A stretch of DNA of 51,901 nt, taken from NCBI GenBank assembly GCA_964593005.1, contig CAZQGT010000001.1, forward strand, positions 1-51,901, given 5' to 3'. Below are positions 10,072-18,413 of the stretch, piece by piece. Under the pieces are notes generated by a model. It worked only from the letters and a program-made list of their open reading frames with translations, was not told the DNA's origin and made no database searches. Source of the DNA: an uncultured Planctomycetales bacterium (GTDB lineage Bacteria > Omnitrophota > Gorgyraeia > Gygaellales > Profunditerraquicolaceae). Both the position numbers and the translations under genes were made by a program. Positions within the stretch are counted from its first letter, which is position 1. Each line of letters starts with the position of its first letter.

Positions 10072-11673
10072 ATGTCTAAATATATTTTTATAACTGGCGG
10101 GGTTATTTCAAGCCTGGGTAAGGGTATTGCCTCTGCTTCTATAGGCAAAGTTCTTGAATCCCGCGGGTTAAAAGTTGCCCTTATGAAACTGGACCCCTAT
10201 ATTAATGTTGACCCGGGGACAATGAATCCATACCAGCATGGGGAGGTTTATGTCACTGAGGATGGTTCAGAAACAGATTTAGACCTCGGGCATTATGAGC
10301 GTTTTACCAACACAATTTCATCAAAATTCAGCAATATAACCACTGGGCAGATCTACAATTCGGTTATTTCCCGGGAGAGAAAAGGCGATTATCTGGGGAA
10401 AACTATCCAGGTTATCCCGCATATTACAGATGCGATAAAGGAGAGGATAAAGAAATGCGCCCTGGTTTCTAAGGCCGATATAATCATTGTGGAAATTGGC
10501 GGCACTGTGGGGGATATTGAAAGCCTGCCTTTTTTGGAGGCATCCAGGTAATTCAGGCTGGATATGGGGTATGATAATGTCCTCTATATTCACTTAACTC
10601 TTGTCCCGTATATCAAAGCAGCCGGTGAAGTAAAAACAAAGCCTACTCAGCATAGTGTCGGCACTTTGCGCGAGATAGGGATTATTCCGGATGTATTGAT
10701 CTGCCGGACTGAAGAGCCTCTGACCGACAGCGTTAAAGAGAAAATATCTTTATTCTGTAATGTGAGAAAGGAATCTGTTATTGAATCCCCGGATATGGAT
10801 TCTATATACCAGGTCCCTTTAGTTTTTAAGAACCAAATTCTTGATGAGATCATCCTGAGCCATTTTAAATTGATCTGTAAGTTTTCAGATCTTAAGGATT
10901 GGGAGAGGGGCGTAGTTAACAGAGTGCTTAATCCGAAAAATAAAGTTACCATTGCCGTAATTGGCAAATATATTGAATTGCAGGATGCCTATAAATCCAT
11001 ATATGAAGCTTTAATCCACGCCGGCATTCATAATGATGCCAGGATAGAAATAAAAAGAATTGATTCCGAGAGCCTGGAAAAGGGTAGAATTGAAAGAATG
11101 TTGGAAGGCGTGTCAGGAATACTGGTCCCCGGAGGTTTTGGTTATCGGGGTATTGAAGGCAAGATCAAGGCAATCAAATTCGCCAGGCAAAACAGGATCC
11201 CCTTTTTAGGTATTTGCCTGGGGATGCAATGCGCGGTAATTGAATTTGCCAGGAATGTATGCGGCTTTGCAGCCGCTAATTCAACGGAGTTTAAGCAGAC
11301 AAAATACCCGGTAATCAGCCTTCTGGAGGAGCAGAAGAAATATAGTGATTTAGGGGGTACGATGCGTTTAGGCGCTTACCCTTGCAAAGTTAGAAAAAGC
11401 AGCCTTGCTTTTAAGGTTTATAACAAAGGGTTAATCTCTGAGCGGCACAGGCATAGGTATGAGTTTAATAATCAATATAAGAAAATATTTGAGAAAAAAG
11501 GCATGGTATTCTCCGGTATTTACCCGCAGAAGGGGTTGGTGGAGATAGTGGAATTGAAAAATCACCCCTATTTTATTGCGGTACAATTTCATCCGGAATT
11601 TAAGTCTAAGCCGGATAAATCCCACCCCTTGTTCAGGGAATTCATCAAAGCAGCTTTGTTTTACAAAGCATAA
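10072..11673 (+). pseudogene. pyrG: CTP synthase interrupted by a single in-frame TAA (10549-10551)
   Basis: The two track ORFs (10072-10551 and 10564-11673) are in the same frame. The read-through gives [53 protein letters not shown]. The stop sits where PyrG proteins have the conserved Gln of EAIRQ. The GATase domain downstream is intact (GICLGMQ, HRHRYEFN). Confidence 0.9.
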
Positions 11674-11696
11674 TATTCTTATTGGATAGAGTTAAA

Positions 11697-11730
11697 ATAC
11701 GCCCCGGCTGATAACCAGGGCGTATTTTTT
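11697..11730 (+). terminator. Rho-independent terminator after pyrG
   Basis: ATACGCCC...GGGCGTAT is an 8-bp perfect stem (plus 2 inner pairs), followed by TTTTTT. Confidence 0.7.
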
Positions 11731-11731
11731 G

Positions 11732-11760
11732 TTGACAAAAAACTCCGCCGGAACTAGTAT
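11732..11760 (+). promoter_or_regulatory. Putative sigma70-type promoter (TTGACA-17-TAGTAT)
   Basis: Perfect -35 hexamer at 11732-11737, a 17-nt spacer, then TAGTAT at 11755-11760. Identified by eye only. Confidence 0.35.
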
Positions 11761-11780
11761 TGAATAAAAGAAAGGTTTAT

Positions 11781-12776
11781 GTGTTTATAAATAAGAAAAA
11801 TAAATTCAGTGCGGAATTTATTTTTTCCGCAACGGTTATCATTTGTACTCTTCCTGTATTTAACCTTTATGCCGAAGAGGATGCGCTGAAGAATCAAATC
11901 CAGAAAGAGGTTATGGATGGGGCAGGGGAGGATTCCAGCTCAGACGCTTCTATTTATCGCCAAAAACTAGGCAAAGCAATTGTTGAAGAAGAAGAGTTTT
12001 ATAACCATGATTTAGATACCTATACCCGCTATATGCCTTCCCGGCCCGCAGGCGCTCAATCCGGAAAGATCGGAATTGTTGATTCAGCATCTGAATATAG
12101 CTATACCTTAAAAGCTTTTGGGCAATTGCCCGTGGAGTTTGCTTTAGGGGCGAAATATATCGGGATAACCAATGCTACGGCAGTAGAGCTTCCATCGCGT
12201 TTGACTTCAGTATTCATAGGAGCAGAAACTACCCTGCCTTTTTTTAGTCTAAAGGATACTTATTTTACAATAGGATTGGCTCCGTCGTTTCATACGGATA
12301 ATTGGAGTATTCGTTCCTCTGCCATGAGCATTGCCCAGAGGTATTTCTTTATCCATCAGTTCAGCGATAAATTAACTTTTATTGCCGGTGTCTCAATAAC
12401 TCCGCATGAGAGCGACCCGGTTATGCCGATGCTGGGTTTTATCTATAAACCCACCGATAAATTGACGTTTAATATTGTCCCTAAACAGCCGGAAGTAACC
12501 TATGCTTTGAATGAAAAGCTCACCATTTTTGGCCAGGCGGATATAACAATGGATGAATATAAGGTGAATAAAGATGGGCTAAAGAATACGGTTCTGGAAT
12601 ATAACGAAATGCATGCCGGGGCTGGCCTGAGATATATGCTAAATAAATATATTCAGGGCAATATATCTGTTGGCGGGGTGTTTAACCGTTCAATTAAATA
12701 CCGCCAAGATTACCATGGCAAGGTAACGGTAAAAAACGGTATGTATTCTGAATTTCGGGTGGATATAAGCATGTAG
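11781..12776 (+). CDS. Secreted protein, putative outer-membrane beta-barrel
   Basis: Signal-peptide-like N-terminus (FIFSATVIICTLPVFNLYA/EE), then alternating hydrophobic/polar strands through to the C-terminus. I prefer the GTG at 11781 (AAAGG 5 nt upstream) to the track's TTG at 11760, which overlaps the putative -10 box. No family recognised. Confidence 0.55.
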   Translation: MFINKKNKFSAEFIFSATVIICTLPVFNLYAEEDALKNQIQKEVMDGAGEDSSSDASIYRQKLGKAIVEEEEFYNHDLDTYTRYMPSRPAGAQSGKIGIVDSASEYSYTLKAFGQLPVEFALGAKYIGITNATAVELPSRLTSVFIGAETTLPFFSLKDTYFTIGLAPSFHTDNWSIRSSAMSIAQRYFFIHQFSDKLTFIAGVSITPHESDPVMPMLGFIYKPTDKLTFNIVPKQPEVTYALNEKLTIFGQADITMDEYKVNKDGLKNTVLEYNEMHAGAGLRYMLNKYIQGNISVGGVFNRSIKYRQDYHGKVTVKNGMYSEFRVDISM

Positions 12777-12795
12777 ACAGAGGTTTAAATAGTGC

Positions 12796-12824
12796 TTGTA
12801 ATAAAACTATATTAGTAGTATATT
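12796..12824 (+). promoter_or_regulatory. Putative promoter (TTGTAA-17-TATATT) upstream of the small basic ORF
   Basis: Hexamers at 12796-12801 and 12819-12824. Identified by eye only. Confidence 0.35.
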
Positions 12825-12842
12825 TTTTATGGAGGTGTAGCG

Positions 12843-12953
12843 ATGAAAGCAAAAAAAGCAAGTAAGAAAACAAAGGCAAAGAAAGTCAACAAAACCACAA
12901 AAGGGAAGAAAAAGCTTTCCCGCTATTGCCGATCAGGCAGGGTTTTGTGGTAA
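12843..12953 (+). CDS. 36-aa extremely basic peptide (MKAKKASKKTKAKKVNKTTKGKKKLSRYCRSGRVLW); candidate precursor peptide or small nucleic-acid-binding protein
   Basis: Not in the ORF track because it is too short. GGAGG at 12831-12835 sits 7 nt before the ATG. It has 14 Lys, 3 Arg and no acidic residues, with a distinct C-terminal SRYCRSGRVLW. It lies immediately upstream of an rSAM-SPASM gene. Confidence 0.45.
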   Translation: MKAKKASKKTKAKKVNKTTKGKKKLSRYCRSGRVLW

Positions 12954-13285
12954 AGATTAATTCTTTCGTATTTTTTTAGAGGTCGATTACTATTAAGATA
13001 ATTCCGCCAGTAGTTTTATTCCATAAATTAAGCAGGTATATAGGTATATCTACAGCTACGGGAGACTTTTACGAGCTCTCCCCGGAAACTTATCGCCTGT
13101 TAAAGGAATGGAATAAGCGCATTTCTCTTTTAGCAGATCATCCTTCCAAAAAAGAAATATCCGCCTTAGCCAGGAAATTCAATATACCCGCCGGAATAAC
13201 AAAACTTTTCCCTTTTTCTGAAAAAGAGATATCATTTGCAACCGACAGAAATGCATCTTCCGGCCTCACTGATTTAACCCTTAAT

Positions 13286-14494
13286 TTGACATCAAGCTGC
13301 AATCTGCGCTGTGTTTATTGTTGGAATGACCACGGGAAATATTCTAATCGGAGATTTACAGGCAAGAAAAGAGGGGGTTTCAGCAATAATAAGCGTGATG
13401 AATTTATGTCTCCCGAAGTTGCTTTGAGGGCAGTAGATATTTTGGTTAAGGCCCGCGGCAGAGATAAGAATCTGGTAGTTGACTTTTATGGCGGCGAACC
13501 ATTAATGAATCTAGAGACATTAATGGCGACAGTTGATTATTGCAGAAGCAATCAGCGGAGATGGGGTTTAGAATTCCACTATTTGTTGGCGACAAATGGG
13601 ACCCTTTTGACTCCGCAGGTAGCCGAGGTATTGATTAGCAAGGGAGTACAAATTGCTGTAAGTATTGACGGACCTAAAGCAGTACACGACCATAACCGGC
13701 CTTTTATAAATCAGGATGGTAGTTTTGATATAATTAAAGGGAATCTTAAAAAAATGCCCAGGGAAATAATGAAAAGGCTGGTAGGGAGGACAACAGTTAC
13801 CCCACTTTTCCCTGATATGGTTAAATTGTATGAGAATCTCAGAAGGTTGGGGTTTGAGAGGATTGAGCTTTTTGAAAGCGAAGATGCCTGTCATAGGTTC
13901 CTTCCCGGGCAAGAAACAAGTTTTTTTAGCACGGAAGAAAATTATAGGCTTTTGTGTAAAACGTACGAGAAGCTGGCATTGCGTTATATTGATGATGTTG
14001 TTTTGGGGAACCTGAATTACGGTAAAACGTTCTTTAACCGGTTTTTTAAATTAATGCAAAGGCTTTATTATAACCATGAAGTTTCAGGAGGATGTCCGGC
14101 TGCCAAAGGCCAGATTGCGGTTAGTATTGACGGCAAGATTTATCCGTGTACCTCTTTTTTAGGAGTGGATGAATTCGAATTAGGGGATGTGAAAAGAGGT
14201 ATTGACGACAGGAAACTGCAGGCGTTTATAGGAAGAATAAATAAACGCTTTGAGCATTGCCGCAATGACTGTGATTTGTTCAGCCTTTGTCGTTCAACAG
14301 GCTCCTGCTTGAACGTGAACTATTTTTTTAATGGCGATCCCGCCGTACCTCATAAAAAAAGCTGCGGGCTGTTTGCTGAGAAATTATCTTTAGCCGCTGC
14401 AAGCCTGGCTATTCTTTCAGAAAAAATACCCCATCGGCTGGAAAGGCTATTTGGTTTTGACCCGGTAGGCAGAAGAGGCAATAAACTATATTAA
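13286..14494 (+). CDS. Radical SAM / SPASM-domain enzyme (peptide-maturase or anSME-like); true start probably upstream
   Basis: rSAM motif CNLRCVYC. The SPASM-type C-terminus reads CPAAKGQIAVSIDGKIYPC ... HCRNDCDLFSLCRSTGSC. The coordinates use the first canonical start (TTG at 13286), but the frame is open back to 12980. Confidence 0.85.
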   Translation: MTSSCNLRCVYCWNDHGKYSNRRFTGKKRGGFSNNKRDEFMSPEVALRAVDILVKARGRDKNLVVDFYGGEPLMNLETLMATVDYCRSNQRRWGLEFHYLLATNGTLLTPQVAEVLISKGVQIAVSIDGPKAVHDHNRPFINQDGSFDIIKGNLKKMPREIMKRLVGRTTVTPLFPDMVKLYENLRRLGFERIELFESEDACHRFLPGQETSFFSTEENYRLLCKTYEKLALRYIDDVVLGNLNYGKTFFNRFFKLMQRLYYNHEVSGGCPAAKGQIAVSIDGKIYPCTSFLGVDEFELGDVKRGIDDRKLQAFIGRINKRFEHCRNDCDLFSLCRSTGSCLNVNYFFNGDPAVPHKKSCGLFAEKLSLAAASLAILSEKIPHRLERLFGFDPVGRRGNKLY

Positions 14495-14522
14495 TACAAC
14501 TTGTTGTTTAAGTATAAAAATT

Positions 14523-14557
14523 AGCCCCGGCTGATATTGATAACCGGGGCTTTTTTG
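14523..14557 (+). terminator. Rho-independent terminator after the rSAM-SPASM gene
   Basis: AGCCCCGG...CCGGGGCT is an 8-bp perfect GC-rich stem with a 13-nt loop, followed by TTTTTT. Confidence 0.7.
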
Positions 14558-14567
14558 GCGAATTGTA

Positions 14568-14595
14568 TTGAAAGTTTATCACCGCATGTTAGAAT
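14568..14595 (+). promoter_or_regulatory. Putative promoter (TTGAAA-16-TAGAAT) heading the long rSAM operon
   Basis: Hexamers at 14568-14573 and 14590-14595, about 35 nt upstream of the ATG at 14631. Identified by eye only. Confidence 0.4.
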
Positions 14596-14630
14596 AAACC
14601 TAACGTTTAATATTTATAACAAATAAACAG

Positions 14631-16196
14631 ATGAAAATAAAAAAAATAATATTAGTCAGACCTCCCAGGTATCTTTGGCCATTTATCAATGAATCAGATA
14701 ATTTTCTCCTGCCTCTTGGGCTGCCTTGTTTGGCCGCGGAGATAAGATTAAAACTTCCGGATCTGGAAGTAAAAATCATTGATTGCCCCCCGCTTAAAAT
14801 AGGATGGGATAGCTTAGCTAAGTTGATAAAAGAAGAAAAACCGGATATTGTTGGAGCGGGAGAAGAAGCCCTTTATTCCCATGAGGCTCTCAGGCTGTTT
14901 AAGCTGACAAAGGAGATCGATACTTCTATAATTACAGTTGCCGGAGGGCATTTTTTTTCCTGGATGGTGGAATACGGATTAAACAGCTCTGTTATAGATT
15001 TTATCGTAAGGTTTGAAGGTGAAGAGACAATTGTAGAGTTAATCAAGGCGCTTAAGGAAAATAAAGACTTATGCCAAGTCAATGGCATAGCTTTTAAAAA
15101 TAACAGCCAGATAATCAGGACAGCCTCCAGGCCGTTGATAAAAGACCTTAATACGCTTGCTTTGCCAGCGTTTGACCTTATGCCGATGGGTAAATATTCT
15201 CCTTTTGGCTATCTCTGGCCACAAAGCGTGACATTGGAGCACTCCCGGGGTTGCGTGGACAGGTGCAATTTTTGCTCCCTGTGGACATTTTGGGGGCAGC
15301 ATTTAAAAACAGACATAGAGAAGGGGGAGCTGGATGTATCTCCAAGATATAGGACAAAAAGCGTAGAAAGGACGCTGGAGGAAGTGGATATTGCCTATAA
15401 AAGGTACAATAGAAAATATATTCTTTGGGCAGATCCGACTTTTAATGTTGATCTTAAATGGACAAATGATTTTTGTGAAGGACTGTTGAAAAGGGGCTAT
15501 AAAGATTTGCATTGGTGGGCTTTTTTAAGGGCAGATTATTTGCTACGCGATGAAAAGGCAGGAGTTTTAAAGAAAATGGTTATGGCCGGGCTAACCCACC
15601 CGCTTATCGGCGTGGAGCGCGGTTGTACCGAAGACCTTAGGAAGATCAAGAAATCAGTTTATACCCGTGATTTAATAAAAGAGGTTTTTCTTATTTTTAA
15701 GAATAAATACCCGCAAGTATTCCGGCAGGGAACTTTTGTTACCTGCTTGCCTTTTGATACCAGGGAATCCATGCTTGATTTGGTAAAATACGCTGTTGAA
15801 ATAGACATAGATTACCCGGCTTTCCATCCTGTAGCTCCGGTTCCCGGGACATTCCTTTATCAGGAAGCGATAAAGAATGATTCTTTAGAGGTAAAAGATT
15901 TTAAGCGGTATGATTGGTCTACTCCCATAATGCGTTCAGATAATGGATTGTCAATGGAAGAATTTGCCAGGCTGAACATGGAGCTTAACAAACGGTATAT
16001 ATTATATCGGCCGCATTGGTTAATCAGGGGGTTATTCTCTCCATATAAGCATAAGAGGGGGCTTTACTGGTGGTTTCTCCGAAATACAATGAAAATGCTT
16101 TTCCTTGGCGTGATGGATACCATTTTAGGAAAAGAGAAGTTTAATGGAATCACAGGTTTTATGCGCCTTAAAAAACCTAAATGGTATGATTCATAA
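14631..16196 (+). CDS. B12-binding-domain radical SAM protein (class B rSAM) 1
   Basis: N-terminal Rossmann-like cobalamin-domain pattern (KIILVRPP, PDIVGAG, ITVAGGHFFS, FEGEETIVEL), then SRGCVDRCNFC. Confidence 0.88.
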   Translation: MKIKKIILVRPPRYLWPFINESDNFLLPLGLPCLAAEIRLKLPDLEVKIIDCPPLKIGWDSLAKLIKEEKPDIVGAGEEALYSHEALRLFKLTKEIDTSIITVAGGHFFSWMVEYGLNSSVIDFIVRFEGEETIVELIKALKENKDLCQVNGIAFKNNSQIIRTASRPLIKDLNTLALPAFDLMPMGKYSPFGYLWPQSVTLEHSRGCVDRCNFCSLWTFWGQHLKTDIEKGELDVSPRYRTKSVERTLEEVDIAYKRYNRKYILWADPTFNVDLKWTNDFCEGLLKRGYKDLHWWAFLRADYLLRDEKAGVLKKMVMAGLTHPLIGVERGCTEDLRKIKKSVYTRDLIKEVFLIFKNKYPQVFRQGTFVTCLPFDTRESMLDLVKYAVEIDIDYPAFHPVAPVPGTFLYQEAIKNDSLEVKDFKRYDWSTPIMRSDNGLSMEEFARLNMELNKRYILYRPHWLIRGLFSPYKHKRGLYWWFLRNTMKMLFLGVMDTILGKEKFNGITGFMRLKKPKWYDS

Positions 16197-16223
16197 TTTA
16201 GTCATATTTTCTGAAAGGCAGAT

Positions 16224-17627
16224 TTGGCAGAAGTATTCCTAGTAAATCCTTTAGCAACCATAAATAGGCAACATGTTCATTTTCTTCGCGACTGGTGTGG
16301 CGGAGAACTACCCGGGTCAGTGGTTTACCCGCCGCTAGACTTAGCGTATGTAGCGGCGTTGCTGCAGCAAAATAATATAAGTGTAAGTCTAATTGACGCC
16401 AACGCGTCGCATATGCCCCATAAAACAATCGTTGAGATGATAGTAAAACAGAGGCCCAAGTTTGTGGGTATTCCTTCGGCCTGGGGAAGCATCAAAGATG
16501 ACCTGTTGCTTGCAAAAATGATTAAAGAAAGAAATCCCGCCGTTAAAATAATTATTTCAGGGCCGAATGTTACTGTAGATCCGGCAATAGCGTTAGATTC
16601 AGGATGTGTAGATTATGTCATTTTAGGGGAACTCGAAAAACCTTTTTTAGAGATCATAAAAGGCCGGGTTATCCGTAACGTGGCCTATAAAATAAATAAC
16701 GAGGTTGTTGTTACTGATAGGGATTTGCTTGAAGATTTAGATTCGCTCCCATTCCCCGCCAGGGACTTACTGCCGAACAAAAGATACCAGGCGCCTTTTA
16801 CAGCAAGAAATCCGTTTACCCTGATGAATACGAGCAGGGGGTGTCCTTATAAATGTAATTTTTGCCAGGTTAATATTTGGTATATGAATAAGGTTCGATT
16901 CCGTTCTGTTGCTAACGTTCTAGGAGAAATAGATGAGATAGCCAGAAGATCTAGAATTAAAGAGATAATATTCAGAGATCAAACCTTGACTATTAACAGG
17001 CAAAGGCTTCTTTTGATTTGCCGCGGTCTTGTTGAAGGTAAATATAATCTTTCCTGGAGATGTTTTTCTTGCGTGGATACCATAGACAGTGAATTGTTGA
17101 ACGCGATGAAAGAAGCGGGATGCCATCAGATTTGTTATGGTCTGGAGAGTGGATCGCAGAAAGTCTTGGATTTAAGCGGAAAAGGGATTACTTTGGAGCA
17201 GATAAAAAATGCCGTAAAATTAACCAAAAAAGCCGGTATTGAGGTTTCGGGGGCATTTATGTTTGGTATGTATGGAGATACAAAAGAGACTATTGAAGAT
17301 ACGCTCAAGCTTGCTTTAAGCCTGGATCTTGATTTTGCCCAGTTCCAGTTAGCGTTTCCGGTTCCTTCTACAGAATTTTATACCCAACGTAATAAAATAA
17401 ACAGCTGCTCAAATATTTTGCCAGATTCTTTGCGCTGGTATGGATGGGATCAGCCGGATGATACCGGTAAGATTTTACAGAATAAATTAAAAGAGGCATA
17501 TAAACGGTTTTATTTAAGAAGAAAATATCTTTACAGGCAACTGAAAAGTTTAAAAAACCCTAAGCGGTTTGCGTTTCAGGTAGGTACGGCTTTAGATTTT
17601 CTGGGGGTTTTGGCAAAAAGGGGTTAA
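16224..17627 (+). CDS. B12-binding-domain radical SAM protein 2
   Basis: TTG start. FLVNPL, PKFVGIPS, IIISGPNVT and ILGELEKPFLEI, then SRGCPYKCNFC. Confidence 0.88.
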   Translation: MAEVFLVNPLATINRQHVHFLRDWCGGELPGSVVYPPLDLAYVAALLQQNNISVSLIDANASHMPHKTIVEMIVKQRPKFVGIPSAWGSIKDDLLLAKMIKERNPAVKIIISGPNVTVDPAIALDSGCVDYVILGELEKPFLEIIKGRVIRNVAYKINNEVVVTDRDLLEDLDSLPFPARDLLPNKRYQAPFTARNPFTLMNTSRGCPYKCNFCQVNIWYMNKVRFRSVANVLGEIDEIARRSRIKEIIFRDQTLTINRQRLLLICRGLVEGKYNLSWRCFSCVDTIDSELLNAMKEAGCHQICYGLESGSQKVLDLSGKGITLEQIKNAVKLTKKAGIEVSGAFMFGMYGDTKETIEDTLKLALSLDLDFAQFQLAFPVPSTEFYTQRNKINSCSNILPDSLRWYGWDQPDDTGKILQNKLKEAYKRFYLRRKYLYRQLKSLKNPKRFAFQVGTALDFLGVLAKRG

Positions 17628-17661
17628 TATTTTTTCGGCTAAAAATTCTAAAATAAATATA

Positions 17662-18351
17662 ATGATGAATTGGGTTAGGGATAAGATTTGGGGTTGGCCC
17701 GGAGGGCTGGCTTGGAAAATAAGCTCTGTATTCATTATGGGGTCCATAAAGAAGAAATATGAATTTTTTATTTCCTTAATGCAGCCTAAGCCTGATGACA
17801 GGATTCTTGATGTCGGAGTCGGCTCACACGTATTCTTAGGTACAAATTTCCTAGAGCAATGGTATAAATATCCAGAGAATATCATAGCTTTAGCTTGTGG
17901 CAAGGCCGAAGAATACGATAATTTCCCGCAAGATTTCCCTAAAGTAAAACTTATTTTTGGCGATGGGAGGGCGATTCCGTTTCCTGACGATTATTTTGAT
18001 ATCGTATTTTGTAATGCAGTAGTAGAGCATGCCGGCAAGGCTGAGGATCAAAAGAAATTAATCCGTGAAACCATCCGGGTTGGCAAAAAGGCATTCATTA
18101 CTACTCCAAATTTTTGGTTTCCTATGGATACGCATACCTTGTTGCCTTTTGTCCATTATCTGCCGATAAGGGCGCGTTTTTGGGTATATAAAATATTTGG
18201 TAAGGAATATTTTGCTGACATCAATAGGTTAAACCTTCTTACGGTAAAAGAGTTTCTTTCTTTTTTTCCGGAAGAAACTAAAGTAACGCTTATAAAGCAG
18301 AGGTTTCTAGGGTTAGTTTCAGGGTTTATTGCAATAGCCAATAAGCAGTAA
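17662..18351 (+). CDS. Class I SAM-dependent methyltransferase
   Basis: Motif I ILDVGVGSH; FDIVFCNAVVEHAG matches the Methyltransf_11-like pattern. Confidence 0.8.
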   Translation: MMNWVRDKIWGWPGGLAWKISSVFIMGSIKKKYEFFISLMQPKPDDRILDVGVGSHVFLGTNFLEQWYKYPENIIALACGKAEEYDNFPQDFPKVKLIFGDGRAIPFPDDYFDIVFCNAVVEHAGKAEDQKKLIRETIRVGKKAFITTPNFWFPMDTHTLLPFVHYLPIRARFWVYKIFGKEYFADINRLNLLTVKEFLSFFPEETKVTLIKQRFLGLVSGFIAIANKQ

Positions 18352-18413
18352 TTATCTTTTGTGCTAAAATGCAGCTATATATTAATGACAGATACGCAGA
18401 CAAGGATTGAGAA

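Noticed and set aside
10549-10551. The in-frame TAA in pyrG as evidence for genome-wide TAA-to-Gln stop-codon reassignment
   Set aside because: TAA clearly terminates other well-defined genes here. glnN ends at 1166 just before a terminator. gltD ends at 7432, directly before the next gene's RBS. Several island genes also end in TAA. A single point change or sequencing error is the simpler explanation.
12694-12879. A 61-aa minus-strand ORF overlapping the 3' end of the outer-membrane-protein gene and the small-ORF promoter/RBS
   Set aside because: It overlaps two better-supported + strand elements. It has no RBS and a hydrophobic, low-information sequence.
12915-13045. The pentapeptide KLSRY is shared by the small basic peptide (KKKLSRYCRSG) and the upstream open frame of the rSAM-SPASM gene (FHKLSRYIGIS)
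   Set aside because: The match is only five residues, encoded by different codons, with no extended similarity. It is most likely coincidence, and I cannot assess significance without a search.
14495-14630. A cobalamin riboswitch was expected upstream of an operon with eight B12-domain enzymes (also looked for in 37055-37589)
   Set aside because: No B12-box-like sequence (AGYCMGGAGACCKGCC type) or GCCACTG core was seen. The region is too short and is occupied by a terminator and promoter.
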